This document shows, piece by piece, positions 22,446-36,764 of a stretch of 64,000 nt of DNA; position 1 is the first letter of the stretch; every line of letters begins with the position of its first letter. The notes under the pieces were generated by a model, which had not been told where the DNA came from, searched no databases, and saw nothing but the letters and a program-made list of their open reading frames with translations. The DNA is from Octopus bimaculoides (Eukaryota): positions 163,791,886 to 163,855,885 of the forward strand of contig NC_068982.1 in assembly GCF_001194135.2 (NCBI RefSeq), read 5' to 3'. Both the position numbers and the translations under genes were made by a program.

Positions 22446-23947
22446 CCATGCAGATGTATAAGTACGCACATATGTGATCATTCAATTTGTGAGAAATATC
22501 AGTCAAATCTCCCTCAAATAAAAACCCAGTACATTGGCTAGTGTAGTCCAAGAGAGAAAAATGAAGACAGTATGATTATTACAGGTATATCTTTGACCAT
22601 ATCAATCAAATTTAACCTGGAGCTAAGCTACACCAGTAGCGGACATATATGCACACAATAAATTGAATGTGTTAACATGTTTCCATTAATGTCCTGCACA
22701 CAACCAACCAAGATTAAAAACAATATAAGTTATATCACACACAAACTCTTCACACGCATACGCAGCACATACACACACTCACACAAACGCTTCACACATA
22801 TATACACATAGACACGCATGCGTGCGCACACACACACACACACACACACACATTCACTCAAAACATGTGTTTTTCTAAAAACTGGACATCCTAAACATAG
22901 AGTTACCAGACTCTGAAACATCAATAAAATGGATACGTGGGCAACTTTTTATAGAAACTGTCTAACGACAGTAAAGAAATTTATAAGAATTTACAAAAAT
23001 TATCTAAGAAAAAAATATTATGAGACAAAAATTAATTCTTTTAATCAAATGTTTTTAAAAGAATAAATGTTCTACTCTCATACAAGATATTCTGTATATG
23101 TGTATGTGTGTGGAAATGTTTATGTTTATAAATAATACATCTGACTATTGCTCTTTCTGTCTGTCTGTCTGACTGTGACTCTTTCTTACTCTATCTGTCT
23201 GTCAGACTATCTATCAATTTAGCTACTTGTCTGTCTGTCTTTCTGTGTATGTATGTCTGTCTTTCTGTGTATGTATGTCTGTACATATATATGTATGTGT
23301 GTATGTATGAATGGATTTAGGCTTCATCCCCACCTCACTGTCATAGACTTATGTCCTTACAACCATGATAAAGGCATCCCTCAGATGTCAGGCTGCTCTC
23401 AAACTGAGTAAGCTCACCTTATCATGGTCAACCTCAGTTTACCACTGCTAACTTCTTCCTTTTATATACTGAGCTGCAACTCTTCCCTACCAACATCTAC
23501 CAGAATAAGAATTTCTACTCAACTTCTATAACTTCTCAATATATTTCTTTGCATAGCATTATGAAGACAGTTACCAGGAAACCATTACAAATCCCTGCTT
23601 ACAAACTGTATCAGATCACTGCCATATAACCCCATTCAATTTTGTAGTTATGGTTCTCTAACTTCCTCTGCAATAACCAAATGTGTAAAACCCTGAAGAA
23701 CTACACCCAGATCAGATCTGATTCAAAAAGTAATTTGTCTAAGAGGCAGTAATTCCAAAAGAGAACTGATACAAAGTAGAATGAACCCTTCTAGTTCTTG
23801 CATAGCATAACTTCTCTAGTGCCAATCACACAATAGGTTTTCTTCAGTCCATGGTATAAACCACATACAACACTTAAGGTTGACTGTTGCGCTGTACACA
23901 AGGCTAATTATCCAACCCATGCTACTAGGGAAAAATAGACATAATAT

Positions 23948-24015
<68 letters not shown>

Positions 24016-25084
24016 ACATGTGTGTGTGTCTGTGTTTGCACATATGCTTTTAAATCCTGAAATGATTTGCTATAAAGTAACTGAAATGTGAAACAACATT
24101 TCTAATATATTTAAATACACAGTTACAATACATATATTATCCCCATCTTACCACGACTACCATCACTGTCACCATCATCCCATCACCCACTACCATATCT
24201 CTCCCACATACATGTGTATACACCTTGTACATACCATACTCTCTGATATACATACATATATACATTCACTATCAGGATAATTAACTTAGTTCCAATTTAA
24301 TCAATTTTATAAAAAGATCAATCAATTTAATGAGTTTTACAGAAAATAATTAACCAATCTATTGATAGAAGAATAGCTTTTCTAATCTAATTAGTGATAT
24401 CATTTATTGCTTTACCAAAAACAAAACAAGACAAAAACAAAGAAAAAATGAAAACACAAAACAAAACAAAAGCATTTGAGATTAACTGAAGAGTTTTATG
24501 ATCAAAATTAAAAAGTGATTACAAAGTAAGTTATGGATCATAAAATAATGTATTAAAATCTTTCCCATTGTGTTTTTGTTTTATTGTTATTTTAAAAATG
24601 ATATACCGTGACCGAAACACTTGGTTAGTGAGAAGTTAGATGAAAGTAAATCATGTTTCCATTGCCAGGTTTAACTGCATCAAAACTGCCTTGAATTTTT
24701 ATGCTGCCAATTTCTTTCTGTTTCCTCTTCTTAACTGTAATGGTCAAAGTTGAAGTTAACTTGAAAAACAAAGTTTTTGGCAAAAGTAATACTATATTGC
24801 TTCTGGTATTCTGTCAATCAGTTTGCGACCTCTTTTCAGTCTGATGTCTGTTTCTCAGAACTCTGCTCACTTTACAATACATTTAGCATCTCTTCTTATT
24901 ATAACTCTTTATCTGAGTCCCTAATACCATCATCACTTAAAAAAAAAATGCATTTCACTTTCTCTCTTTTTTTTATTATAGATTTTTGCAATACCTGGCA
25001 AATAACAGAATTTTTGAGCTTTTGATGGATACTGTTGATTATGTCCAGACAATAAATTTATACAATATACATGAAACAGATAAA

Positions 25085-25442
25085 GAGTATATCAATACTA
25101 GATAATTTTGATATATACATACACACACACACACACACACACACATGCATGCACACACACACACACATGCATGCACATATACATGTATGTATACATACAT
25201 ATAGACATGCATATATATATATTTATATTTACAAGTATGCATATATATATATATATATTTATATGTAAGTATACATACATATATATAGGTATGTATATAT
25301 GTACATACATGCATGCATACGTACATACATATATACATGCATACATGCATATATATTTTTATATATGTATACATACATGCACACATACACACATACACAC
25401 ATACAAACACACATACACACACACATACAAATACAGGTATAT
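25085..25442. repeat. Compound CA/TA/TACA microsatellite (similar blocks at about 32050-32715, 39950-40242, 49560-50200, 58995-59490 and 59770-60125)
   Basis: Visible dinucleotide and tetranucleotide runs; these generate the HT/YI/CV pseudo-ORFs. Confidence 0.97.
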
Positions 25443-25824
25443 GAAATACCATACAGCAGAAATTCCTGGTTTGTTAAAATTATTTCTGCCATTGGGGGAT
25501 GTATCACAATTACCAAATGGTAATTAAGATAAGCTCCAAATGAGAAGGAAAGATAATCTCAAAGAAGCAAGAATTCTCCAAAGTTGACAATACCATTATA
25601 AAAAAAGGACAGGTCTTTGTCTGGAAATAAGGAAACCATTGTGAACACGTTTTTATAAATTATAAGAATTATCCTGTGTGTGCATCTGTTTGTGTATGTG
25701 TATGTGTGCGTGTGTATGTGTATGTGTGTATGCATAAATGCATGTGTGTGTGAGTGTGTGTATGCATACATACATGTATGTATGTATAAAAATTATCAGG
25801 TATTGACATACTCTTTATCTATTT

Positions 25825-25868
<44 letters not shown>

Positions 25869-25879
25869 AAAGTGTGTAT

Positions 25880-26560
25880 ATCGTCATTTAACATCTGGTT
25901 TCCATGCTTGCACAGGCTGATTGGATTGACCAGAGCTAGCAAGCTAGTGAGCTGTACCAGGTTCCAGTCTGATTTGGCTTGGTTTCTATGGTTGTATGTT
26001 CTTCCTAGCACTAACCACTTTACAAGAGTGTGCTGGGTGCTTTTTACATGGACTGGCATGAGGGTTCTTGCAAGGCAAAACCCTTTTCAGCTAGGAGGAG
26101 AGCATTAACAATTTTACTGTGGTGGACAGGTCTTCTTGAATACAGTGAGGTGCCAAATATCTCAGTCCTTTGTCATGTCCTCTGTAAGGCTCAGTGTCTT
26201 GAGATCAGCCTTTAGTACTTTGTCATATGTTCTCCTGGATCTCCCTCTCCCACTAGTTCCATCCACTTTAAGTGATCAGCATTTCTTTATGTAGCTCTCT
26301 ACATCCATCCACATCACCTAATCAAACAAGCGCAGCCTTCTCTCTTGCATACTGCACCTAATTCCTCTTATGCCTTACTTTTCTTTCAATATGCTAGCAC
26401 TCTGCCACATATACATACTTATATTGCACATCCAGCAGAGCATACTAACTTCATTTCTCTCTAGCCTTCACATTTCCTTTGCATTCAGGGCCCATATTTC
26501 ACTGCCATGTAGTATCACTATTTGTATACATGTACCATACAATCTTCTTTTCACTTGGAG
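25880..26560 (-). mobile_element. RTE LINE 3' fragment (C-terminus plus UTR), decayed
   Basis: Minus strand RRLRL...GTSGRGRSRRTYDKVLKADLKTLSLTEDMTKD*DIWH; the tail at 25880-26050 matches other RTE tails. Confidence 0.8.
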
Positions 26561-26869
26561 AGAGAAAGAAAGAGAGAGAGAGAGAGAGACACCTTTGGTT
26601 GCCAATAGTGATAAAAGCTCTGAATTTTCTCCATCCTATTCTTATTCTAGTGTTTATACTTTTTAGTACATCCACTCACACTACTAATTAGACTCCCTAG
26701 GTAGCAGAAATCATCCAGTACCTCTAAAGAGCTTCTTGGGTATTTGAGAGAATTAATTTCCTGAGTATGTGTAGCCTTTATGGTTCTGGTGTATCTACAT
26801 CTTCCACAAACACTGCTTTCTCTGATAGCCCTTATACCCTTATATTATTCCACTGCACCTCTTGTGCAC

Positions 26870-27112
26870 TGAGTACGCTATATGGAGTTCCTGCCTATAC
26901 CTTTTCCATACATTGAGCAGGACCATTCACCTGAAATGGGTAGGGTTCTTGCTGTTTTGTTGCTTGCTAAAATCTTAGTCTTTGATAAGTTAATCTTAGG
27001 GCCCTTTGATTCCAGGTTTTGCTTCCACACGTGGAATTTCTTTTCTAGTTCTGTCACAGAATCTGCTATGAGAGCAAGGTCATCAACATATAACACATCC
27101 CAGGGACAGTCC
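26870..27112 (-). mobile_element. RTE RT fragment (YVDD motif to start of the Cys-rich insert)
   Basis: DCPWDVLYVDDLALIA...KINLSKTKIL...SGEWSCSMYGKGIGRNSI. Confidence 0.85.
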
Positions 27113-28414
27113 AGCACACACACATACATGCTTTCATATACTAATCTTGATTTGAATCTAAAATAACTCTCCTTGATTCTAGAAGTCAAATTGATTTTTA
27201 AATACTTAAACTGTTTAATGAACACAGTCACCCCCAATGCACATAAAAATAGATTGACTTTTGTTTCTTTAGTAAGATATTGATCTATAATAAGAAAGAT
27301 TCACAGTTCATATCAAATCGCAAAGCTGCCACTGTATTCACAGAAGTACTTAACTTAATGATTCAGTCCATCTATTTTCTTTTAATCTAATCAAAGATGA
27401 ACACTGCTAATGTGTCAGTAATATATTTATCAAAGTTGCCAATTTGATGTATCCAATTTAATAAAACCCTTAATTATAGTGGTTATGTGTACAATATTGC
27501 TGCAGGTACTTAGGGTAACATAATCAGTTACTGATGAAATCTCAATAAAAATTGAAATCGATCCAGTTGATCTTTCCTTCACTGTTCATGGTGAAACTGT
27601 ATGAAAAGTCAGGTGTTTATGACTGTCCAATGTATTTAATTAAGTTTAATTAATTTTTATACAGTGTCAGCTGAAATCTATAGTTTTATTGTCCAGTATT
27701 ATCTTACTAAAGCTGAACACAGCTAGCATAGAAGTAATTTCTCTTCTCCAAATTATGTACTAAACATTTTCTCCATTTCTTCTCTGAAATGCTTCATTCC
27801 AGAACTCACATTTCATTCTGTTATCCTTTCAATTGCTGTTGTGTTCTGTAACTCTTATTAAACGTAAGTGAAATATTCACTGATGATCTATGAAATGTTA
27901 TATACTCATTAATACTTGTAGCATTTATATGTAAATTTTACATGCAGGTAAAATTTTGTTCCCTCAGTATTGAATCATTTTTGGAGCAAATATATTAAAG
28001 GTTTAAAGATAACAAAAACCAGATTAATTACTGAGTAATGTTACTGAGTTACAGAAGCCATTGTGAATCCTGCTATACTTTGAATCAATGTGTCAGAACT
28101 TTATAATCATATTTGTTAATTAAAATATTATTTTTCTGTCAGTTGCACATGGACTATATTTAAATATGACACACTGATAATGTTTTCAGAATACCTAATT
28201 GCTATCATGATTATAACAAGTAATGCAGTCACCTCTAAATTATCACTCACCTTATTCAATGCAGTGGCCAAATATCTATCAACAAATGATATAGGGACCA
28301 CATAATGTTTATCATCACTGTTAGCAACAGGGAGAAGTTACATTTTTCTTAATAAACAAAACAGCAGCCAAATCATATTGAACATCTCCTTGAACAATAT
28401 CTTTTATCTCTTGT

Positions 28415-28614
28415 CTTTTACTTGTTTCAGTCATTAGACTGTGGCCATTCTGGGGCACCACCTTGAAGAATTTTTAGCTGAATTACTTGACCCCAGTACT
28501 TTTTATAAAACCTGGTACTTATTTGACTGCTTTTGCCAAACTGGTAAGTTATGAGGATGTAAATACACCAACATCGCTTGTCAAGTGGTGGTGGGGAACA
28601 AACACAGACACAAA

Positions 28615-28669
<55 letters not shown>

Positions 28670-28822
28670 CATTGTGGGCTTCTTTCAGTTTCTGTCTACC
28701 AAATCAACTCACAAGGCTTTGGTCAGCCCAAAAGTATAGTAGAAGACACTTACCAGAGGTGCCACACAGTGAGACTGAACCCAGAACCATGTGGTTGGGA
28801 AGCAAGCTTCTTACAATACAGA
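28415..28822 (-). mobile_element. SINE family A, full length
   Basis: Tail TTTTACTTGTTTCAGTCATT, internal (CA)n, head GAACCCAGAACCATGTGGTTGGGAAGCAAGCTTCTTAC. Confidence 0.9.
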
Positions 28823-29441
28823 TATGCCTGTTGCATTTCTTAGAATATAATTTTTCTGTTAAATGCATTTTTTTTTTATTAAAGCCATCTGAACAAAAAA
28901 GTTTAGTCTCTGCTGACATCCTGAACATTTTTTATATCCTCCAGCTGAGCAAATGATAAATAAATGCAGATGTCTAAGTTGATAATGTATTGGGGAGATG
29001 AAAAGTTGTATGGTTTTCAATTACTCATTAGAACCGTACAGTATCCATTAAGCAAGACACTAAACTCTCACTGGTTCTGTTTACATAGCTGTATCAGATA
29101 AAGTAGGATATGTGCAATGAAAGCACTGTTTAATTAATAATTGTTTAATTCACTGCAATATTGAATTTAATGAATTCAGACACTGTTTGAGACCATACTG
29201 ACCCTTCTTAATAATTTGTTGCTATCTCATGATGAGTATTGTTCACATTCAAACCCCTGTTATCGATCAGGTCAACTATTGATAGCAATCCATCAACAAA
29301 TACTGACTTATAATACTGAAATGTCAATCTTATGTTGGCTTTTAACACCATTTTGCCTATTAACATCGGTTAGTCCATCATTTGGTGGCAATTGACTGCA
29401 ACTAGTAGGCTGACCTTCCACATCATTTGTCCATCAAATGT

Positions 29442-29576
29442 TGACCATTGACCTTTGGTGTCTTGTCCCCCTGAATCTGACCTTTAACACTATTTAATCA
29501 ATTACATATTGACTTTTAACATCAATTCACTGCACACTGACCTTTAACATTAACTAGTCAATCATATACTGACCAT
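29442..29576. repeat. Degenerate ~30-bp minisatellite with a TGACCTTTAAC core
   Basis: Cores at 29478, 29510, 29538 and 29570, plus TGACCATTGACCTTT at 29442. Confidence 0.75.
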
Positions 29577-31252
29577 CTAGATCTAATTCTTTCTGAAACT
29601 CTCATCTCATAAAGTATTCCTCAGAAGTCAGAATCTTACATAAATAAATTCTTTATTTGAAAAGCTAGTTTTATAATCAGTAGTTTAGAGAAATTTATGT
29701 TATTTCTGTGAAGATGGCCAGCATTCATAACAAGAATAATATTACAGCTATGATAATTGATGTTATCATTGCTAGAATTTGTTGTGATATTGTTGTTTTT
29801 GCTCTAGACTTCAAGATTACTGCTTATAAGGTTTGATGCTTATGACCATTTTCAACAAATATTTTACAAGGCAATCAATTTTGTTAGCTAGGTGATATTT
29901 AGCAGTAAATTTATGAGACCAGCAAAGAGAAACTTTACAAATCTATGATGGATAATTTTAGCATCAGAACTGAAATCAAGTTTTATTTCACTAGTTGTAA
30001 TCAAAATTTTTATGGTGACTTTTCAATTCATATTGGATATTTTTGTTGTCATTTCATTGAAGATATTTAATGTGTAACTGTTGCTGCATCTTTCACCATT
30101 GAGTCTTAAATTATTAGCCAAGTATGTTAACAGAAAGACCTATATATTCCTGATAAATATGTAGACGGTTGATGTACTGAATCCACTATGAAAAATTTAT
30201 AAATTAACTGAAACATTTCTTTTAGAGAAACAGACAAAAATTGGCTGGCAACTCACAAAGAAAACTGCAGAAAAATTTCAGGAAATTATGAATCAATTTC
30301 ATTATCTTAATTTTCATACTCAAGTGGAATCTGACCTATGTTTGCATGCAAGGGGACATCAGCTATGGACATGTTTCAGATATGTAGAACCTCATAAGCT
30401 TCATATAATCCAGCTGTGATTATGCTGTCTCTCTTATGGTCATGGAGAACTTTGTTATTTAGTGTGCTCTTTAATTATTTAAGATGATAAGGTGTGATTT
30501 TTAAGAAGAGTTGATTGTTAATGTCATCAACATTTATGCCTGATGGACGAAAATCTAAGCAAATCTTTTTTTTCCAGGAAACCTAAATTGAAGCCATTGC
30601 ATTGCAGATGCCAACGTCTCTCAGGGCCTCATCTTGCAAGTGAAATTCTTGCTAATAGTAATATTTGATGAATGAATGTGTGTATTATGTTAGTCTTCTA
30701 AACAACAGAACTAATCCATTACTTCAAGTAGACAATAAATAGGTCTGTTGCAAAAAACAAAAAAACAAAAAAACAACCAAAATCCAAAAACATTCCAATT
30801 TTTACTTTCTGTTTCTCTTTCTTTTTGTCTTCTTTCTTCTCTTCTTTCTCTCTTTATTCCTTAGCAGGAATTTCATGAAGTAATTACAATGCAGTTGTGC
30901 AAGGAAATGTTGATTCCTGCATCTTACTTGCAATTGAGATTGCATTTCAAGTTTCTCTTTGCACATGTTAAATTGGAATTTCAGCAAGTCTAAAAGACAT
31001 AGATACAGAGTGGGGATAATGCTTTCCTGTTCCTGAGGTCAACATTGCTGTAAACCCTTATGTCAATCCTTGTTCAATAGTCAAAACACTAGGAAGCAGA
31101 AAATCGATAAGTTTTCATGTAAGAATTAGCTAGAAGTATCTCAGTAATAATAAACTTAAGAATAAAGCTGTAAGATGAGAAGTGAGTGAAAGAATTGGAC
31201 AAGCTGGAGATAAAATACTTATTACTCTCCTTCTCTCTCACTGTTTCTTGTT

Positions 31253-31457
31253 GTCTCTCTCTTTCTCATTAACACACACACACACATGCATACACACACA
31301 CATGTAAATATGCAGATACATATGGTGTGTATTACATGTGTGTGTGTGTGCGTGTGTGAGTTTTGAATTTTGAATTTGTTTAAAACATATATCTTGGATA
31401 ATGAATAAATATCATATATATCTTACACACACACACATACACACACACACATGTATG

Positions 31458-31520
<63 letters not shown>

Positions 31521-31735
31521 NNNNNNNNNNGTCTCTCTCTTTCTCATTAACACACACACACACATGCATACACACACACATGTAAATATGCAGATACATA
31601 TGGTGTGTATTACATGTGTGTGTGTGTGCGTGTGTGAGTTTTGAATTTTGAATTTGTTTAAAACATATATCTTGGATAATGAATAAATATCATATATATC
31701 TTACACACACACACATACACACACACACATGTATG

Positions 31736-31750
<15 letters not shown>
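31253..31750. other. Probable assembly artefact: about 220 bp duplicated around a 10-N gap
   Basis: 31253-31472 reads the same as 31531-31750. Confidence 0.85.
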
Positions 31751-31770
<20 letters not shown>

Positions 31771-33254
31771 ATTGAAATATATTTAATGCACAATATATGG
31801 GTTTATCTAATCCAGTGGTGCTCTCAAAAAGCTTTTTTAGTGAAGCAGGCTACAAACTGCATCATAAACCAAGAAATACAACCTATATAAATATTGCTAT
31901 ACAACATATTGCTGTATGTTTGGCTAGTAGGTGAGAGATACAAGGTTCGATTCTAACCAAGGAATTTCTGAATATGTTTAGTTTTTAGGTTGTTATTTAT
32001 CACTGTATGATATTTAACATTGTTTATAAATGCTCTCTCTCTCTCTTTCTCCCATACACACCTATATACACACACTCACACACACACACACCTACACACA
32101 CATACACACATTCCATCACATGCCCACTTGCAAGTGTGCACACACTGACAAAAACTTTGTACAAAAGCTTACACCTCTCTTTCTGACTTCTGATAGGACA
32201 GCATTCCTGACATTTTATCTTGCCCCACCTCTTTCCCGCCAATTTAACATTAGTTTTTCGAACACACACACGCACACACGCACACACACACATGCATGCA
32301 CACACACATGCATGCATGCACACACACGCATGCACACACACATGTATGCACACACATGCACACACACCCACACTCTCTCACGCTCTTCCTATCTCCCAGT
32401 ATTTTCTTTTTGCTTCTTTTTCTCTAAGACGAAAGTCTCACTTTCAAAATGGCTATAAATTCTTTTCTCTTTCCATACAAGTCTTAAACAAATACCTTTC
32501 TCATTATATTTTGTTCCTCTTGAGGTCTTTTTTTAAACTGTTTTCACTGTCTTTTGACTTTGCATTATACATACATACATGCATACATGCATACATACAT
32601 ACATACAAACACACACACATACATGCATACACATACATACATACATTCACACATGCACATGTACACACATGTACACACACATACACAGACACACAAACAC
32701 AGACACACACACACTTTACTCAGTAAGGAAAGTGATTTTGGACACCCAGCAGGAAGAAGAACAAGAACTGTCAAAGAACAGATTAGCTTGGGATTGTCAA
32801 TAACTGTCCAAAAATGTGTACATATGCATGTAAAGCATATGTGTAATAGTTAGTGACATGTTCATATTTTATTCAAATGAAGAATGGGAGAAACAATTTT
32901 CATCTCCATAGTTTTGAGGTTGGCAGCTTCAAGCCAACTCAGGAAACTGGTGCTTGTAGCAACATGCTATCAAGCTCTTTTAGAAGCACAGATGTAGGGC
33001 AAACATTTAGAATGATATTTTATGGTCTGCACACTCACCAAGTTGCTGTGAAGTCTGGAGTTTGTATGAGAGTATCTTGAATTCTCATATAAGCTCAATT
33101 GTCTTAACTTTTCTTGCTACTGGACATATTTTGTAAGAATGAAAAAGTAAATCTGTAGTTTTTCTCTATAAAAGAAAACTTTGTACTAGTGTAACATCTG
33201 TCTAGGTTCTTGTCAAATTTAATGACTGATCCATCATGTCATACACAGGTATTC

Positions 33255-33477
33255 TTTTATTCTTTTACTTGTTTCAGTTATTTGACTGCAGCCATGCTGG
33301 AGCACCACCTTTAGTTGAACAAATCAATCCCAGGACTTATTCTTTGTAAGCCTAGTACTTATTCTATCGTCTGTGTGGCTGAACTACTAAGTTACAGGGA
33401 CGTAAACACACTAACATCAGTTGTCAAGCAATGGTGGGGTGACGAACATGGACACACAAATACTTACACACATGCAT

Positions 33478-33546
<69 letters not shown>

Positions 33547-33572
33547 NNNNNNNNNNCACACACACACACACA

Positions 33573-33610
<38 letters not shown>

Positions 33611-33760
33611 ACAGGTTTCTTTCAGTTTCTGTCTACCAAATCCACTCAGACGGCTTTGGTCAGCCTGAGGTTATAGCAGAAGACATTTGCCACGCAGTGG
33701 GACTTGCTTCCTAACCATGTGGTTAGGAAGCAAGCTTCTAACCACACAGCCACTCTTGCA
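33255..33760 (-). mobile_element. SINE family A with a 10-N gap in its microsatellite
   Basis: Same tail, body and head motifs as the other family A copies. Confidence 0.9.
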
Positions 33761-33929
33761 ATTGTTTTGCCTCTTTTGAATTACAATGAACCATATTTAT
33801 CAAATGCTTATTTCTAGTTTTTCTAGGGTGCTTGTTCCCAACAGGAGGGGAACTAAACTTGGCCTTGTCACTGTTTGGTGTGCTGAGTTGTTCCTACTTT
33901 AATCATTTTGTGGTAGACTAGCAATTTCT

Positions 33930-34348
33930 CTTTTACTCTTTTACTTGTTTCAGTCATTTGACTGTGGCCATGCTGGAGCACCACCTTTAGTCATGCAAAT
34001 CGACCCCAGGACTTAATATTTGGAAGCCTAGTACTTATTCTATAGACCTCTTTTGCCGAACCGCTAAATTACAGGGACGTAAACACACCAGCACTGGTTG
34101 TCAAGCGATGTTGGGGGCACAAACACAGACACACAAACACACACACACACACACATACATATACATATATATATACATATATATACGACGGGCTTCTTTC
34201 AGTTTCTGTCTACCAAATCCACTCACAAGGCTTTGGTCGGCCCGAGGCTATAGTAGAAAACACTTGCCAAAGGTGCCACGCAGTGGCACTGGACCCAGAA
34301 CCATGTGGTTGGTAAGCAAGCTACTTACCACACAGCCACTCCAGCGCC
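33930..34348 (-). mobile_element. SINE family A, best-preserved copy (CpGs retained)
   Basis: Head on the minus strand: AGGCGCTGGAGTGGCTGTGTGGTAAGTAGCTTGCTTACCAACCACATGGTTCTGGGTCCAGTGCCACTGCGTGGCACCTTTGGCAAGTG. Confidence 0.92.
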
Positions 34349-34439
34349 TATATTGTGAGAATCTCAGAACTGATAACATGCATCTTTTAATTAGCTCCAC
34401 ATTGATTACTCCAATCTTTCCAGTTTCATGCTGATTATT

Positions 34440-34815
34440 CCCACCCATTCTTGTGTGATGTGAGCAACCATATATATCCTCTACAGCAAGAAACCTGTTT
34501 TAGCCCCTTCCTCCATACTCTTACTTTTCATCACCTAACATAAAGCTATCTCTCTTTTTAATGTAGCCCCACTCAACCACAGAGGATCATCTTAGTTTTG
34601 CAAGGTACAGAGTGATTGCACTAGTGCTGGTGTCACAAAAGAGCACTCAGCTTACTTTGTAAAGTGGTTGGTGTCAGGAAGGACATCCAGCCATTGAAGC
34701 CATACCAAAGCAGACATCAGAGCGTGACACAGTCTTCTAAACCATTGGCTCCTGTCAAACCATCTGGCCAATGCCAGCATGGAAGATGGATGTTAAAAGA
34801 TGATGATGGTGATGA
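34440..34815 (+). mobile_element. Retroelement 3' end with RTE-like tail and one UTR module (related copy at about 55150-55450)
   Basis: GTGCTGGTGTCACAAAAGAGCACT...GTAAAGTGGTTGGTGTCAGGAAGGACATCCAGC...CAATGCCAGCATGGAAGATGGATGTTAAAAGATGATG. Confidence 0.7.
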
Positions 34816-35952
34816 TGATGATGATATAAAAGCCTCTGTTATTTGGAATAAGCTAGCCTTGTTTCCATTTAATGCAGACATCCTGACCAACTTGTCTTTC
34901 TGTCTCATGCCACTCTTATTGCACCCAAACTACTAAGCTCCACCCTAACCAATATTGACAGTTGTTTCTTCCCAGGACATTGATCCTCGAATCTTCTCCT
35001 ACTGATGACAAGAAGGGCATTCAGCTATAGAAAATCTGCCTCAGTAAACTCTGTCCAATCGATGCAAGCTTAGAAAAGTGGACATTAATACAATGATGAT
35101 GCGGATGATGATGAAAATGATATACATTAGTTTTCTCAATTTCTGTCAGCCAAATTCACTCACAAGGTACTGTGCAGTGGGCTGAACCTGAAACCACATG
35201 GTTGCAAATTGACTCTGTAACTACACAACCAAGTCTGCACTGATATAAAAACATATTCTCCATGCAAACATACATATAAGACAGTTCAGTATGTAAAAGA
35301 ATATGCATTCTTGATTAACATGTACAGGCTTAAAAAGATATTTAGTTTTGCTTTAGACTAGCAATATTGGGGTTACGACACTAAATGTATTCGTCATGTT
35401 GCATGGTTGACAGCAGATTAACCAGTTTAGGATTTATTAGTTACTTCATCATGCTCACGAGTAGTTCATCACATGACCGACCAAATTCAACAAAGTTACT
35501 GCAAGTAAACAGACAATATTGTCCAGTTGTAGACATAGCTCTGACAAATTTTAACACTAAAAACTATGTAGCATGAATAAGATTCAGTTGAGTATATGAG
35601 AGTATTAGCCAGAATGTTATTCTAGAACAAGATTGAATATGATAAATGTCATATATATAACACACTTATATACAAAACCATTTTGTGATTAGATTGAATA
35701 GCATCCAAAATAATAACAAACATACATGTACACACATATGTATATGTTAATTTGTGTAAAATAAACAAGGGTTATATCCCTGAACCATGGCTTTGCTCGT
35801 GTATCATTAACTGACCAAATAAAGTTGTGATTTAGACATGTAATCCATATTTATCTCACACAAATAAACATATATAGAGTTCTTCACATGCTTGAAATAA
35901 ACTGTACTGAGTACTTTTATGTTTCTGTGCCACAACATAAATAAAGGGTGTG

Positions 35953-36040
<88 letters not shown>

Positions 36041-36764
36041 GGGTAGGCTGGTTTATAGGGTTACCCTGAGTTTCTCGCTCATAAGGGGTTTTCAATAGAA
36101 TTCACAGTCAACTCTGAAATAATGTTTCATATATGAATACGTCTATGTATATACAAATATGCTCGAGGCAATTATGTGGATAAGCAAATTAGATACATTA
36201 AATATATTAAATATAATAGTTTGGATATCCACATAATTACATCTATATCCACTCAACTTGATCCCTCTTACAGCCATTCTTTACCTTTCGGAATCGATCC
36301 CCTGTAAAGACATTGGAGTCTAAGTTTGAATCTTTTGAGCACTACTAAGTGTTTTCTATATTGAAAATCTCTGGATCTCATCTGTGGACTATATATATAC
36401 ATGTTTGTATATAATGTATGTATATTATGTATATGTATGTGTGTCTGTGTTTTTGTTAGCATGTAACCATGTCTACACATCACATGGTGGTTGTAAATGA
36501 GCATCATCGTCTTACAAGTGAGGCTGATTGTTTCCAGTATTCCATGAAAAAAAAAATGTCTGGCCTTGGAGAAATGTTACCTTGTTTGGAAACAGGTGAG
36601 GGTTGGTGACAGAAAAGCCATTTGCCTGTAGAAAATCTGCTGCAAGAAATCCTATCTGATCCATGGAAGCATGGAAAAGTGGACATTAAATGATATATGC
36701 ATGTAGATGTGTGTGAATGTGTATTTATACACCCGTACATACAAACATATACATACATACATAC

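Noticed and set aside
25039-25527. HT/YI/CV-rich ORFs (also at 32024-32853, 39898-40282, 49425-50201 and 58991-60222)
   Set aside because: Translations of CA/TA/TACA microsatellites.
27531-27572. CTGATGA...GAAA...ATC hammerhead-like arrangement
   Set aside because: Stem III is plausible, but stem II is only three A-T pairs and stem I has one pair; likely chance in AT-rich DNA.
30226-30660. Candidate coding exons after AG acceptors at about 30225 and 30577
   Set aside because: Short frames with no recognisable homology and no clear donor consensus; kept only as a non-coding lead.
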